A DNA stretch of 64,000 bases from Octopus sinensis (GCF_006345805.1 NC_043007.1:19964001-20028000), one strand, 5' to 3'; shown: positions 11,013 to 22,926, numbered from the stretch's first letter. Made by a program: numbers and translations. Notes: generated by a model from the letters alone, not told the origin.

Positions 11013-11429
11013 TACTCTTTTACTTGTTTCAGTCATTTGACTGCGGCCATGCTGGAGCACCGCCTTTAGTCGAGCAAATCGACCCCGGGACTTATTCTTT
11101 GTAAGCCCAGTACTTATTCTATCGGTCTCTTTTTGCCGAACCGCTAAGTGACAGGGACGTAAACACACCAGCATTGGTTGTCAAGCAATGCTAGGAGAAC
11201 AAACACAGACACACAAATACACACACACACACATATATATATACATATATATATATACATATATACGACAGGCTTCTTTCAGTTTCCATCTACCAAATCC
11301 ACTCACAAGGCATTGGTTGGCCCGGGGCTATAGCAGAAGACACTTGCCCAAGATGCCACGCAGTGGGACTGAACCCGGAACCATGTGGTTGGTTAGCAAG
11401 CTACTTACCACACAGCCACTCCTGCGCCT
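11013..11429 (-). mobile_element. SINE family A
   Basis: Full-length, same head and tail. Confidence 0.8.
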
Positions 11430-11718
11430 GTGTATATATATGCACATGTATGTAGGCAAATGGATATGAAAGTAAACAGACAGGCATGCAGATGGGATAG
11501 GTACTCGTGTCTGTGGAATACTCAGCCACTTGCATGTTAATTTCACGAGCAGGCTGTTCTGTTGATTGGATCAACTGGAACCCTCGTCGTCGTAACTGAC
11601 AGAGTGCCACGATTTTTTTTAATTAACTCAACAAATTGAGAATCTCAAGTGTGTTTGTAGGGACTTTGACAAGAAAAAAAAATTAATGACTGAATACAAC
11701 AAACATTGTAAGACTTAC

Positions 11719-11776
11719 CACTTCACAAAATACACCAGACCATTGTTGAGCAAAAACGTAATGATCAAATTCAGTC
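11719..11776 (-). CDS. RNASET2: RNase T2 coding exon 2
   Basis: ttacttaattgacag|G ACT GAA ... GAA GTG|gtaagt; 58 nt; (G)TEFDHYVFAQQWSGVFCEV matches the D-x-x-x-F-x-Q-Q-W-x-x-x-x-C N-terminal T2 motif. Confidence 0.92.
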
Positions 11777-11878
11777 CTGTCAATTAAGTAAAAGAAATAA
11801 TTACAACGCATTGATTATCATATTAACAAAGATTCAGTTAAGCAAGTGGCTCTCTACCAAGGCCCATATGACCCTTAA

Positions 11879-12322
11879 CCCTTTCATTACCAACCCGGCT
11901 GAAACTGGCTCTGGCTCTTTAGTACAAATGTCTGGTTTTCAAAAGTTCTGAATTAAAACCTTCCACCAAACCTTAGTCACAATTTATGTCCCTAACTCTA
12001 GCTTAACCCTTTCATTACCATATTTCTGTTGAGATACTCTGTGTTTCTTTCAATTAATTTTAAATATAACAAAGAATTATTAAAATAATGTAGTCATCAT
12101 TAAGCTAATGTTAGGAACAAATTGTGACTAAGATTTGGTGGAAGATTTTAATTCAGATCTTTTGAAAACAAGACATTTGTATTACAGTGCCAGAGGAGGT
12201 TTCAGGCGGGTTGGTAACGAAAGGGTTAATGATAACGATGTTATTTTACTTAATTCTTTCTTATATTTAAAGTAATTGGAAGAATCACTGAGCATCTCAA
12301 AATAAATTCAGTAACGAAAGGG
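11879..12322. mobile_element. piggyBac-type MITE with a same-family copy nested at 12007-12225
   Basis: TTAA|CCCTTTC ... GAAAGGG|TTAA for both the outer and inner elements. Confidence 0.8.
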
Positions 12323-12945
12323 TTAAGGGGTACATTTAAGATTCCGTTGTTAAAATTTTATTGTGCAATAAGATTGGTTATAATTCTACAATATACAAAA
12401 TATTTTAACAATATTTTTTAATACAATTCCAAATAATATTTAATTATAAAAAAATGATAAATTCCTCTATTTACATAATATTGAGGTCACTTTCATTCTT
12501 TTGTTGTCTTACCATTTTTATCAATATATATATACTCTTTTACTTGTTTCAGTCATTTGACTGCAGCCAGTGCTTTTTATGTGTCACCGGCACAGAAGCC
12601 AGTCAAGGCGGTGCTGGCATCGGCCACGTTCGGATGGTGCTTTTTACATGCCACCGGCACAGGTATCACAACTACAATTTCCATTTGATTATATATATAT
12701 ATATATATATATACAACAGGCTTCTTTCTGTTTCCGCCTACCAAATCCACTAACAAGGAATTGGTAGGTTCGAGGCTATAGTAGAAGACACTTGCCCAAG
12801 GTGTCGTGCAGTGGGACTGAACCTGGAACCATATGGTTGGTAAGCAAGCTTCTTACCACACAGCCACTCCTGCGCCTGTGTATATATATGCACATGTATG
12901 TATAAAGATTTAGTGCCATATACAAAAAAGGTTTGAAGTACTTAC

Positions 12946-13001
12946 CCATGAATGGTATTAAAAGAAGCAAGAAGCAGGAAAACAACCAGGTACGACTTCA
13001 T
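12946..13001 (-). CDS. RNASET2: RNase T2 coding exon 1 (start codon, signal peptide)
   Basis: tttgttctctccacag|ACAAA ATG AAG TCG ... CAT GG|gtaagt; MKSYLVVFLLLASFNTIH(G). Phase 2 matches the next exon. The acceptor 5 nt before the ATG implies an upstream non-coding exon. Confidence 0.88.
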
Positions 13002-13280
13002 TTTGTCTGTGGAGAGAACAAAGAAAGAAACTACAGTTAATAAATTTTTATTATTCATGGTGAATATTGGCTTCAAACTTTGGTAGGGCGCTAGTAATTC
13101 GGGGTGGGGGAGAGATTAAGTCAATTTACACTGACTCCAGTGCTAAACTGTTACTTAATTTATCAACCGTGAAAGGATGAAAAGCAAAGCCGATCTCAAC
13201 AGAATTTGAACTCAGAATATAAAAGATGAGCAAAAGCCTTTGCCCGGCATGCCAAAGATTCTTGCAGTTGACTACCTTAA

Positions 13281-13684
13281 CCCTTTCGTTACCAACCCAG
13301 CTGAAACCATCTCTGGCTCTGAGTACAAATGTCTTGTTTTCGTAAGTTTTGAATTAAAATCTTCCACCAAACCTTAGTCACAATTTATGTTCCTAACACC
13401 AGCTTAATGATAACTAAGTTATTTTACTAAATTCTTTGTAATATTTAAAGTAATTAAAAGAAACACAGAGCATCTCAAATGCTTGAAACCACCTCTGTCT
13501 CTGTAGTACAAATGTCTGGTTTTCAAAATTTCTGAATTAAAATCTTCCACCAAACCTTAGTCACAATTTATGTTCCTAAAACTAGCTGAATGATAACTAA
13601 GTTATTTTACTAAATTCTTTGTTATATTTAAAGTAATTGAAAGAAACACAGAGCATCTCAAAAGAAATATGGGAACAAAAGGGT
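13281..13684. mobile_element. piggyBac-type MITE with internal duplication
   Basis: ttaa|ccctttcg ... aaaaggg|ttaa. Confidence 0.75.
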
Positions 13685-13954
13685 TAAAAGTCTTTATATG
13701 ACACAAGCACCAGGAGCATGCTAGACTGCACCTTCACCAGAATGTATGTCAGTCATTGTTCAGTTTTCAAGATTTCTTGCCAATAGAGAAAGAACCGGTT
13801 TCTAACTTAGATCCAAGGCACCGTCATTTGAATTTCAACATCAACAACAGGGTATTTTTGTATGTAAATGTGCAGATTTGTATGTTTTACTTTATGTATG
13901 TATTTCCAGTACATGAACAAATGGTTTTTTTTATACATTTTTTTTCTACTGCTG

Positions 13955-14945
13955 GTGACAAAAGGCCTCTCGCACAGAGTGAAAGGCAGACTGTATGATG
14001 CGTGTGTACGAACAGCCATGCTACATGGCAGTGAAACATGGGCCGTGACTGCTGAGGATATGCGTAAGCTCGCAAGAAATGAAGCCAGTATGCTCCGATG
14101 GATGTGTAATGTCAGTACTCATACTCGGCAGAGTGTAAGTACCTTGAGAGAAAAGTTGTATCTTGAGAGAAAAGCTGGACCTAAGAAGCATCAGTTGTGG
14201 TGTGCAAGAGAGACGTTTGCGCTGGTATGGTCATGTGGCGAGAATGGATGAAGATAGTTGTGTGAAAAAGTACCACACCCTAGCGGTTGAGGGAACCTGT
14301 GGAAGAGGCAGACCCAGGAAAACCTGGGACGAGGTGGTGAAGCACGACCTTCGAACTTTAGGTCTCACTGAGGAAATGACTAGAGACCGAGTCCTCTGGA
14401 AGTGTGCTGTGCGCGAGAAGACCCGGCAGGACAAGTGAGTCCATAACCCGTGGCCTTCTACATGGGATGGAGCCAGCCTACGTATGCATACCTTCCCTTC
14501 TTGGGACACAAAACTCTACTTGTGAAGACCCGTTGAGGCAAGTGAGGATCAGAATGGAAATCGATCAATGGAAATTACAGATGTGTTACCAGTGCCGGTG
14601 GCATGTAAGAGAACCTTCCGTTTCGCGACCGTTGCCAGCACCGCCCCGTTTTGTGTCCGTTGCCAGCCTCGCCTGGCCCTCGTGCCGGTGGCACATAAAA
14701 AGCACCATCCGTTCGTGGCCGTTTGCCAGCTCTGTCTGGCACCTGTGCGGGTGGCACGTAAAAAGCACCCACTACACTCACGGAGTGGTTGGCGTTAGGA
14801 AGGGCATCCAGCCGTAGAAACACTGACAGATTTGACTGGGCCTGATGAAGCCTTCTGGCTTCACAGACCCCAGTAGAGCCGTCCAACCCATGCTAGCATG
14901 GAAAACGGACGCTAAACAATGATGATGATGATGATGATGATATAG
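13955..14945 (+). mobile_element. RTE-clade LINE, 5'-truncated, with 3' UTR and (GAT)n tail
   Basis: YDACVRTAMLHGSETW ... RLRWYGHVARM ... GRGRPRKTW; frameshift at a small duplication near 14146-14173. The 3' UTR runs directly into the gtgccggtggcac...ggaagggcatcc...gatgat repeat found throughout the window. Confidence 0.88.
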
Positions 14946-15287
14946 TAGGAAGGCGAACACATTACACACCCCTTCAAGTAGGTGACCCAGCTCAATCTGT
15001 AGAAAAAGTGTAGGTAGAAACTCCATAAGATGTACCCAGTGTAAGCTATGAAACGCATAAGAGGTGCAGTAATACCAAAGGAAGATTAACCAGGAAGATA
15101 GCTTTCGAGTGCGGCAGATGCACAGGGACAATAAACACCACAGATGCTCAGTAAAACAGATTCCATCACATGACAGGCAGAGAAACTGGATGTAGTTGAT
15201 AGCTTCCGCTACCTAGGTGACCAAGTCTGTAGTGGGGGTGGATGCTCAGAGAGTGTTACCACTAGAATAAGAATTGCCATATTGAAG

Positions 15288-15656
15288 ACTCTTTTACTCT
15301 TTTACTTGTTTCAATCATTTGACTGCGGCCATGCTGGAGCACTGCCTTTAGTCGAGCAAATCTTTGTAAGCCCAGGACTTATTCTATCGGTCCCTTTGCC
15401 GAACCGCTAAGTGAGAGGGACGTAAACACACCAGCATCGGTTGTCAAGCAATGCTAGGAGGACAAACACAGACACACAAACACACACACACATACATATA
15501 TATATATACATATATACAACAGGCTTCACTCACAAGGCATTGGTAGGCCCAGGACTATAGCAGAAGACATTTTCCCAAGATGCCACGCAGTGGGACTGAA
15601 CCCGGAACCATGTGGTTGGTTAGCAAGCTACTTACCATACAGCCACTCCTGTGCCT
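15288..15656 (-). mobile_element. SINE family A
   Basis: Full-length. Confidence 0.8.
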
Positions 15657-15745
15657 GTCATTTTGTTTTATATTTTAATACAAACACACACACACACACA
15701 CATAAAATACACTTAATTGAAATAAAGTTTCCACAAAATTAAACA

Positions 15746-16160
15746 GACGCAGGAGTGGCTGAGTGGTAAGCAGCTTGCTTACCAACCGCATAGTTCTGGG
15801 TTCAGTCCCACTGCCTGGCACCTAGAGCAAGTGTCTTCTACTATATCCTCAGGCCAACCAAAGCCATGTGAGTGGATTTGGTAGATGGAAACTGAAAGAA
15901 GCCCCTCACATGTATATGTGTGTGTTGTATTGTGTGTGTGTGTGTGTGTGTGTGTATTCATGTGCCTGTGTTTGTCCCCCACCATTACTTGACAACTGAC
16001 GTTGGTGTGTTTACGTCCCAGTAACTTAGTGGTTCGCCAAAAGAGACCGATAGAATAAGTACTACGCTTACAAAGATTAAGTCCTAGGTTAATTTGTTCG
16101 ACTAAAGGTGGTGCTCCAGCATAGCCGCAGTTAAAATGACTGAAACAAGTAAAAGAATGA
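15746..16160 (+). mobile_element. SINE family A
   Basis: Full-length; head-to-head with the previous copy. Confidence 0.8.
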
Positions 16161-16214
16161 AAGAATATCTAATATAATAAACGGGAATGTCAGTGTGTCA
16201 CACTTTTTCAGGTT

Positions 16215-17114
16215 TAAGGGATTAAGTCAATTACATCGACCCCAGTACATAACAGGTACTAATTTAATCAACCCAGAAAGGATGAACAGCAAAGTCGACC
16301 TCGGCGGAATTTGAACTCAGAACATAACGGCAGACGAAATACCTATTTCTTTACTACCCACAAGGGGCTAAACACGGAGGGGACAAACAAGGACAGACAA
16401 ACGAATTAAGTCGATTACAGCGACCCCAGTGCGTAACTGGTACTTATTTAATCGACCCAGAAAGGATGAAAAGCAAAGTCAACCTCGGCGGTATTTGAAC
16501 TCAGAACGTAGTGCAAGACGAAATACCTATCTCTTTACTACCCACAAGGGGCTAAACACAGAGAGGACAAACAAGGACAGACAAACGAATTAAGTCGATT
16601 ACAGCGACCCCAGTGCGTAACTGGTACTTATTTAATCGACCCAGAAAGGATGAAAGGCAAAGTCAACCTCGGCGGAATTTGAACTCTGAACGTAACGGCA
16701 GACGAAATACCTATTTCTTTACTACCCACAAGGGGCTAAACACAGAGGGGACAAACAAGGACAGACAAACGGATTAAGTCGATTACAGCGACCCCAGTGC
16801 GTAACTGGTACTTATATAATAAACCCCGAAAGGATGAAAGGCAAAGTCGACCTCGGCGGAATTTGAACTCTGAACGTAACGGCAGACGAAATACCTATTT
16901 CTTTACTACCCACAAGGGGCTAAACACAGAGAGGACAAACGGATTAAGTCGATTACAGCGACCCCAGTGCGTAACTGGTACTTATTTAATAAACCCCGAA
17001 AGGATGAAAGGCAAAGTCGACCTCGGCGAAATTTGAACCCAGAACGTAACGACAGACGAAATACGGCTAAGCATTTCGCCCAGCGTGCCAACCATCCTGC
17101 CAGCTCGCCGCCTT
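16215..17114 (-). mobile_element. SINE family B tandem multimer (one head, 4-5 body units)
   Basis: gacgaaatacctat junction repeats at about 16333, 16518, 16703, 16886. Confidence 0.85.
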
Positions 17115-17873
17115 AATGTTTAGCTTTATAATGAAACAGCAAAAGCACCACAGCATGTGGAAGCCCTGACCACGAAACTCGACATGCTAAAAATAACAGC
17201 TAAATGTCTGGAGAATTTGTGTGTGTGTGTTTGTTTGTGTGTGTGTGTTTGTTTGTGTGTGTGTGTTTGTTTGTGTGTGTGTGCTCGCGCGCGCTACAAT
17301 TTCTACAGCTTAATCAAGTGAACAAAGAAAAAAGCAGACAGAAATATATTTTACATACCTGTCATATACGTCGGTTTTGTTTTTTCACTTTAAAGGTAAG
17401 CGATTCTGATAGAAGCGATTACTTTGCTGTCAATTCATTGGATTAATCCTAACAAAATACTACAAGTTCAGTCACTGAATTAGCACCTTTGTGTTCTTCA
17501 TACCAGATAAGGTGGCTTTTAAGCGTGCGCGCGTGCGTGTGTGTATTTATATATTTATGTATTAACTTTGTTGGGTACTTCACTAGCGGTAGATTGGATA
17601 TATGTTATTCCATGGAGGGTTGCATTTACAACCCCTATCTCAATTTGTATATTTTGATTTTGATTTTTCTAGTTTCAGCTTATGAGCTGTGGCCATGCTG
17701 GGGCACCGCCATTATATATATATATATATATTGGTAAAAACTTTAAGATAACGGTAAGTTACATATATATATATTTTAAAAATAGGATAAAATCTTCATA
17801 AGAATTTATCAAGTAGTTAGCGTGAAAACCTCATAAGAGAAAAAAAACATCAATTTTTTTTTCTTTTAAATGT

Positions 17874-18122
17874 ATTCATTTTTATTTATAGAGGGCATTA
17901 TTACACATAAATGCCTCACGCTAGGAGGGACTTTCAAAGTTAAAACTATTAAAATAAACATATCGTACCGAAAGCAAATCTCGAAGCAAGTCATTTAAAA
18001 AAAGAATTTAGCTGCGGATCACCAGTGATTTCGTATGTTTATTTTAGTAGTTTTGACTTTGAAAGGCTCTCCTAGCGTGAGGCATTTATGTGTAATAATG
18101 CCCTCTATAAATAAAAATGAAT
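17874..18122. mobile_element. MITE-like foldback (about 100-bp arms)
   Basis: attcatttttatttatagagggcatt... / ...aatgccctctataaataaaaatgaat. Confidence 0.7.
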
Positions 18123-18174
18123 AAATATATATATATATATACTTTATTTTAAGCAGCAGAAAATTCAACAAAAT

Positions 18175-18212
18175 CTGTTACTCTGAGTTTCTCGTTGCCG
18201 TTCATCAGACAG
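18175..18212 (-). ncRNA. Hammerhead-like motif (stem III ACU-CAG-AGU, GUA site)
   Basis: CUGU-CUGAUGA-aCGgcaaCGa-GAAA-CUCAGAG-UA-ACAG. Stem II is only 2 bp plus a GNRA loop. Confidence 0.45.
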
Positions 18213-18842
18213 TTTTTGCTAGAATGGAACTTATATATTAATTCAATCTATACTCTTACAAACGCTACACTTTTAAAAAGAAATGTACTTGTTTGATTGG
18301 CCCTTTAGAAAAAACGGTCAATCTTCGAGCGATAAACAAAAAGGTCAAAAATATATGTATATATATATAAAAAAACTTATAAAAATTATAAAAATTATAA
18401 AATCCGAGGAAAAAACCGAGGAAAAAACCTATTGCCGTTAATGAAGACAGTACAAATTAATGCATAGAAATTAAACCTGTTATAAATACTGCAATACATA
18501 TTTATATTAAAATCCACATATATATATCAACATACACAAAAGGATGGCGTAAACGCCATACATACATATACAGACGTATGAATATGAATCTAAATTATAC
18601 ACATAAAAGCATGTGTACATATATTGACGCAAACCGTCTCGCACGCAAGCTAAAATTCATCTATGTAGCAATTCTCATATACTGAGCAAGGAGGGGGACG
18701 AAAGAAAGGAAAGAGAGAAAAAGGAACGAAAGAGAGGGGTGGGGTGGGGGGAAAAACTTGTAGCGATGTTATTGGCATCTATAGAGGCCAGTATACATAC
18801 ACAAGTTTGAATTGATACATATACATACCGTCGTGTGTATGC

Positions 18843-18886
<44 letters not shown>

Positions 18887-18888
<2 letters not shown>

Positions 18889-19030
18889 TTTATTTTAAGC
18901 AGCAGAAAATTCAACAAAATCTGTTACTCTGAGGTTCTCGTTGCCGTTCAATCAGACAGTTTTAGCTATGAACGGCAACGAGAAACTCAGAGTAACAGAT
19001 TTTGTTGAATTTTCTGCTGCTTAAATAAAG
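18887..19030. mobile_element. Foldback element with hammerhead-like motif in each arm
   Basis: Arms 18887-18959 and 18968-19030 are inverted copies of the 18140-18215 sequence. Confidence 0.65.
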
Positions 19031-19109
19031 CATATTACTCTACCACTGGTATTTGAGTACTCTTTTTTCCACCTTGTTTCACATTTATGTGTTTACTCCG
19101 GTATATATA

Positions 19110-19420
19110 TATAAAGTTAATCCAAAGAAGAAAACAAAAAAGACAACAACGCAAGGAGGTGGAACAATTAAAGTATTATTAGGCGCTCAGGAAAAAAGGG
19201 AAGAAGGAGGGTATAACGTTTCGAGCGGAGCTCTTCGTCGGAAACATAAGAGAAAGAAAGATCCCGAGGTGGGAGGACAGAGGGAAAAAAAATGCAAGTG
19301 GTCTTCACGGGGTAAACATACTGAAAGGCGGAAGTGGTAGACAAGAGGGGACAGGTTTTCAAAGACAGGAGAGCGGAAAAAGAAGGAAGGTAAAACACAG
19401 TGAACGAGATGAAGAGGGTG
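19110..19420 (-). mobile_element. PLE-like repeat with hammerhead-like motif (copy 1)
   Basis: Begins after (TA)n with aaagttaatccaaa; homologous to 21205-21420. Minus strand gttt-CCGACGA-a-gagc-tcc-gctc-GAAA-cgtt at 19211-19245. Confidence 0.55.
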
Positions 19421-21092
19421 TGTGTGTGAGTTTGTGCGTGTGTGTGTATGGATGTATATGTTGGGCGACGGCTAGTGGCAAGCAGCAGTAGTAACAGTGT
19501 GCGAGATGACAGGGGTGTGTGTTTATTAGTGCGTGCGTGTGTGTGTATGTGTGTGTATGTTGGGCGAAGGCTAGTGGCCGTAGCGAGTCACAGGTCAGAA
19601 GCAAAAGGAGGAAGAAGGGGAATGTGTGCGTGCGTGTGTACGTCCCGTGTGTGTATTTTGTTGTAGTATGTGTGTGCATGTGTGCGTTTTGTTGTGTGTA
19701 TGGCGAGTAACTGTGCTTAACTGAGTGTATGTGTGGGTGGGTGTGTGTGCTTATATGTGCATAAATGTATAATTGTGAGCATGTATGTATGTGTGTGTCT
19801 GTGCTTATATGTGTGTACGTATGTGTAAGTGTGCGTGCGCGTGGAGGTATATGTTGCGTGTGTGTATGTGCCGGTGTGCATGTGAATTCGTGTGTAAGTG
19901 TGTGTGCGTGTATTGTATATATATATGTAAATGTGTGTGTGTGAGTGCATGGGAGTGAATGTATGTATGTATGTGCATGTGTGTACAAAAAGTAGGGGTA
20001 TTATATGTGTGTTTATATGTTTATGTGTGTGTATATATATATGCATGCAAGGAAACAATTCGCAACTGAAGGAATGATGGAAAAATACTCCCGCGGTGAC
20101 AGGCGTAAGAGAAACCCAACAACGCGCCGGCCCCAGACACGAACCCGAGATATAGCCAGAACCCACAGGCGTGCGTGCGTGCATGCATGTATGTATGCGT
20201 GCGCGCGCACATGCATATGTGTGCGCGTGCATGCGAGTGTGTGTGTAAGTATGTGTGTGTGTTTGTATGTGTGAGTGTGTATGTATGTATGTCTGTGTGT
20301 ATGTGTGTCCATATGACTATGTAAGTATGTGTGTGTATATGTGTATGGGTGTATGTATGTATGTATGTGTGTGTGTATGAGTGTGTGTGTATGTATGTGT
20401 GTATGTGTGGAAGTGTGTGTGTGTGCATGTGTGTGCGCGTGCATGCGGGTGTGTGTGTAAGTATTGTGTGTATGTATGTGTGAGTGTGTATGTGTGTATG
20501 TCTGTGTGTATGTGTGTCCGTATGAGTGTATGTAAGTATGTGTGTGTGTATATGTGTATGTGTATGGGTGTATGTATGTATGTATGTGTGTGTGTGTATG
20601 TATGTATGTGTGTATGTGTGGAAGTGTGTGTGGGTGTATGTATGTATGTATGTGTGTGTGTATGTATGTATGTGTGCATGCGTGTGTGTGTGTATGTATG
20701 TGTGTGCGTGTATATGTGTGTATGCATGCATGCATGTGCGTATGTATGTGTGTGTGTGCATGTGTGTAAGTATATGTGTATGTGCGTATATGTGTGTGTA
20801 TGTGTGTGTGTATGTATGTGTGTAGGCGTGTGTGTATAGGTGTATGTGTGTATGTATGTATGTTTGTGTGTGTGTGTATGTATGTATGTATGAGTGAAGG
20901 TATGAATGTATGTAAGTGTGTGTGAGTGTGAGTGTATGGGTGTATGTCTGCCTTATGTATGTGTGTGTGTGTATGTGTGTATGTATGTGTGTAAGTGTGT
21001 GTGCGTGTATGTATGTAGGTATGTAGGTGTGCGTACGTGCATGCATGCAGTGTGTGTGTATGTATGTATACCCACACACAACACGCAGCACG

Positions 21093-21152
<60 letters not shown>

Positions 21153-21210
21153 ATATATATAATATATATATATTATATATCTATATATAATATATATATA
21201 TATATATAAA
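19420..21210. repeat. About 1.7-kb degenerate GT-rich simple-repeat tract followed by (TA)n
   Basis: Direct reading; contains short non-repetitive islands, e.g. about 20050-20170. Confidence 0.95.
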
Positions 21211-21420
21211 GTTAATCCAAACAAGAAAACACAAAAAAACACAGCAGCGCGAGACGTGGAACAATATAGTATTATTGGACGCTCGGGAAAGAAGGGAAGA
21301 AGGAGGGTTTAACGTTTCGAGCGGAGCTCTTCGTCGGGAACAAAGGAGAAGGAAAGATCCCGAGAAGGGAAGACAGAGGGAAAAAAATTGCTGGCGGTGC
21401 TCACGAGGTCACATGTTACA
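21205..21420 (-). mobile_element. PLE-like repeat with hammerhead-like motif (copy 2)
   Basis: Same start motif aaagttaatccaaa; hammerhead-like motif at 21307-21341. Confidence 0.55.
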
Positions 21421-22878
21421 TACATACATACATACATACACACACACACAATTCTATAAAAACACTACGCTCAATTGTTATATTAGGAGATTAAGGTGTG
21501 GTAATTTCGTTAAAGCAGGTATGTAACGTGTAAAAATACGGGGACGAAACAAATAAAGATAGAAAGTGTACTTTACCTACATATTTTAATGAAATTTCCA
21601 CACTTCAATATACAATACATTTCAGATTAGTGGTGGGGTTAAAAATTATGATTTTATTTCTTTTGCCTATTCGTAATCTCCGACATGCAAAACTTAGGAA
21701 TCTGGATAAACTTTTTTCAAAAGAATGCATTTTTGAAGGTGAGGTGCGAATCTGCAGTAGCCCCGATTATTCTATAAACACTTCTTTTGTATGTGCAAAG
21801 AGGAAGATGATTAACATTAAAAAAATTCTTTCTTACTTGTATCATAAATATCCACAAAGCGTCGAAAGAATTTACGGCGGCGCCCACCAAAATCAGTTGA
21901 AGATCAACAAAGTAACGAACACAAAAGACTGCCCCTAACTTAAACGATCGGTTGTTTTACTCTGAAGTAAGAACGTAGGATTTTGAAATTTGTCCTTGTT
22001 CACTAACGCTACACTAATGTTAAGACTAGCTATACCCAGAAATAAAAAGCAATTACTGCTTCTAATTAAAAATGGTAGTAAATTCAGTCACACGCTTATG
22101 ACTAGTTTTCGGCCCTGTGCAGTGGTTTCCCAACCATTATTTTCCTATGGATGGGTCCCTTAAATCATATACACAGATGGACCCTCATAGTTATTTAAAT
22201 TCATATACTTTTATAATTAAGTATCATTAGTATTTGTACAAAATAATCGTTGAAATACTTCATATTTTGTAGTAGAAGTGTAACGAATTTATCGACCATA
22301 AGTATCAACAAAATGTTATACGGAACCCCAAGAGTCGTATGAACAGTTGAGAACCATTGGTCAAGCGTGTCCAAATTTTCCCGGACTTTTCGACCCATGA
22401 CCACAACGTCTGGAACCCGCTGAACTGTCTGAATTATTTTATCGTTGGGTAGACGCTCTGATTTCAAATTTCGCCAAGATCAACTTTTCTTTCATCCTTT
22501 CGTGGGGTAAGAAATAAAGGGCCAGTCAATATTGAAGTACCAGTTATTCTTTGTCCCTTCTTTTGAGTTGTACCTGAAATGGAAATACCCAGCAAGCCCT
22601 TTCACACAGCGACATTCTGATTCGATTTAAGAATTACACAAACACTGCAACACATATCTATAAAGCACTGATAAATGTAATTTACGAAGGAACACCTCAG
22701 AACGCCTTGACAAGGCCGACGTACAATTCATAGCGGGGCGAAGGTAAAGAATACGCACACCACCCCGTTTTCGACGTAACCCTAACCCTAAACGCCGAAA
22801 ACGGGTGGTGTGCGTATTCTTTACCCTCGCCCACAACAGGATCATGTATGATATATATATATCATGGTGCTGGTGATG

Positions 22879-22909
<31 letters not shown>

Positions 22910-22926
22910 ACTGTGTGTGTGTATGT

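Larger units (their letters stand above)
1..13006 (-). other. RNASET2: Ribonuclease T2 family gene (spliced; runs off the left edge of the window)
   Basis: Six exons join in frame through canonical AG/GT sites: MKSYLVVFLLLASFNTIHG|TEFDHYVFAQQWSGVFCEV|NDYCLRKLTTRNTWTIHGLW|PSDSDGSSPQFCPRGAPFDFNKIK|SMESQLNEKWPSYSSPSKEFW|KHEWKKHGKCAARQGMMI. Contains RNase T2 CAS I (TIHGLWP) and CAS II (FWxHEWxKHGxC) and a hydrophobic signal peptide. Confidence 0.95.

Noticed and set aside
14840-14870. ctgatgaagcc...ggcttc resembling a hammerhead core
   Set aside because: Other family copies read ctggtgcagcc, and there is no GAAA or stem III; chance mutation.
19359-21209. Many long His/Thr/Tyr or Val/Cys/Met ORFs (also 9159-9679 and 23897-24551)
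   Set aside because: Dinucleotide and tetranucleotide simple repeats that lack stops.
21630-22470. ORFs 21630..21938 and 22201..22467 as a third gene
   Set aside because: No recognisable domain or phase-consistent exon chain; a weak hAT-like TIR pair (cagtggtttcccaac/gttgagaaccattg) without a TSD suggests transposon debris.
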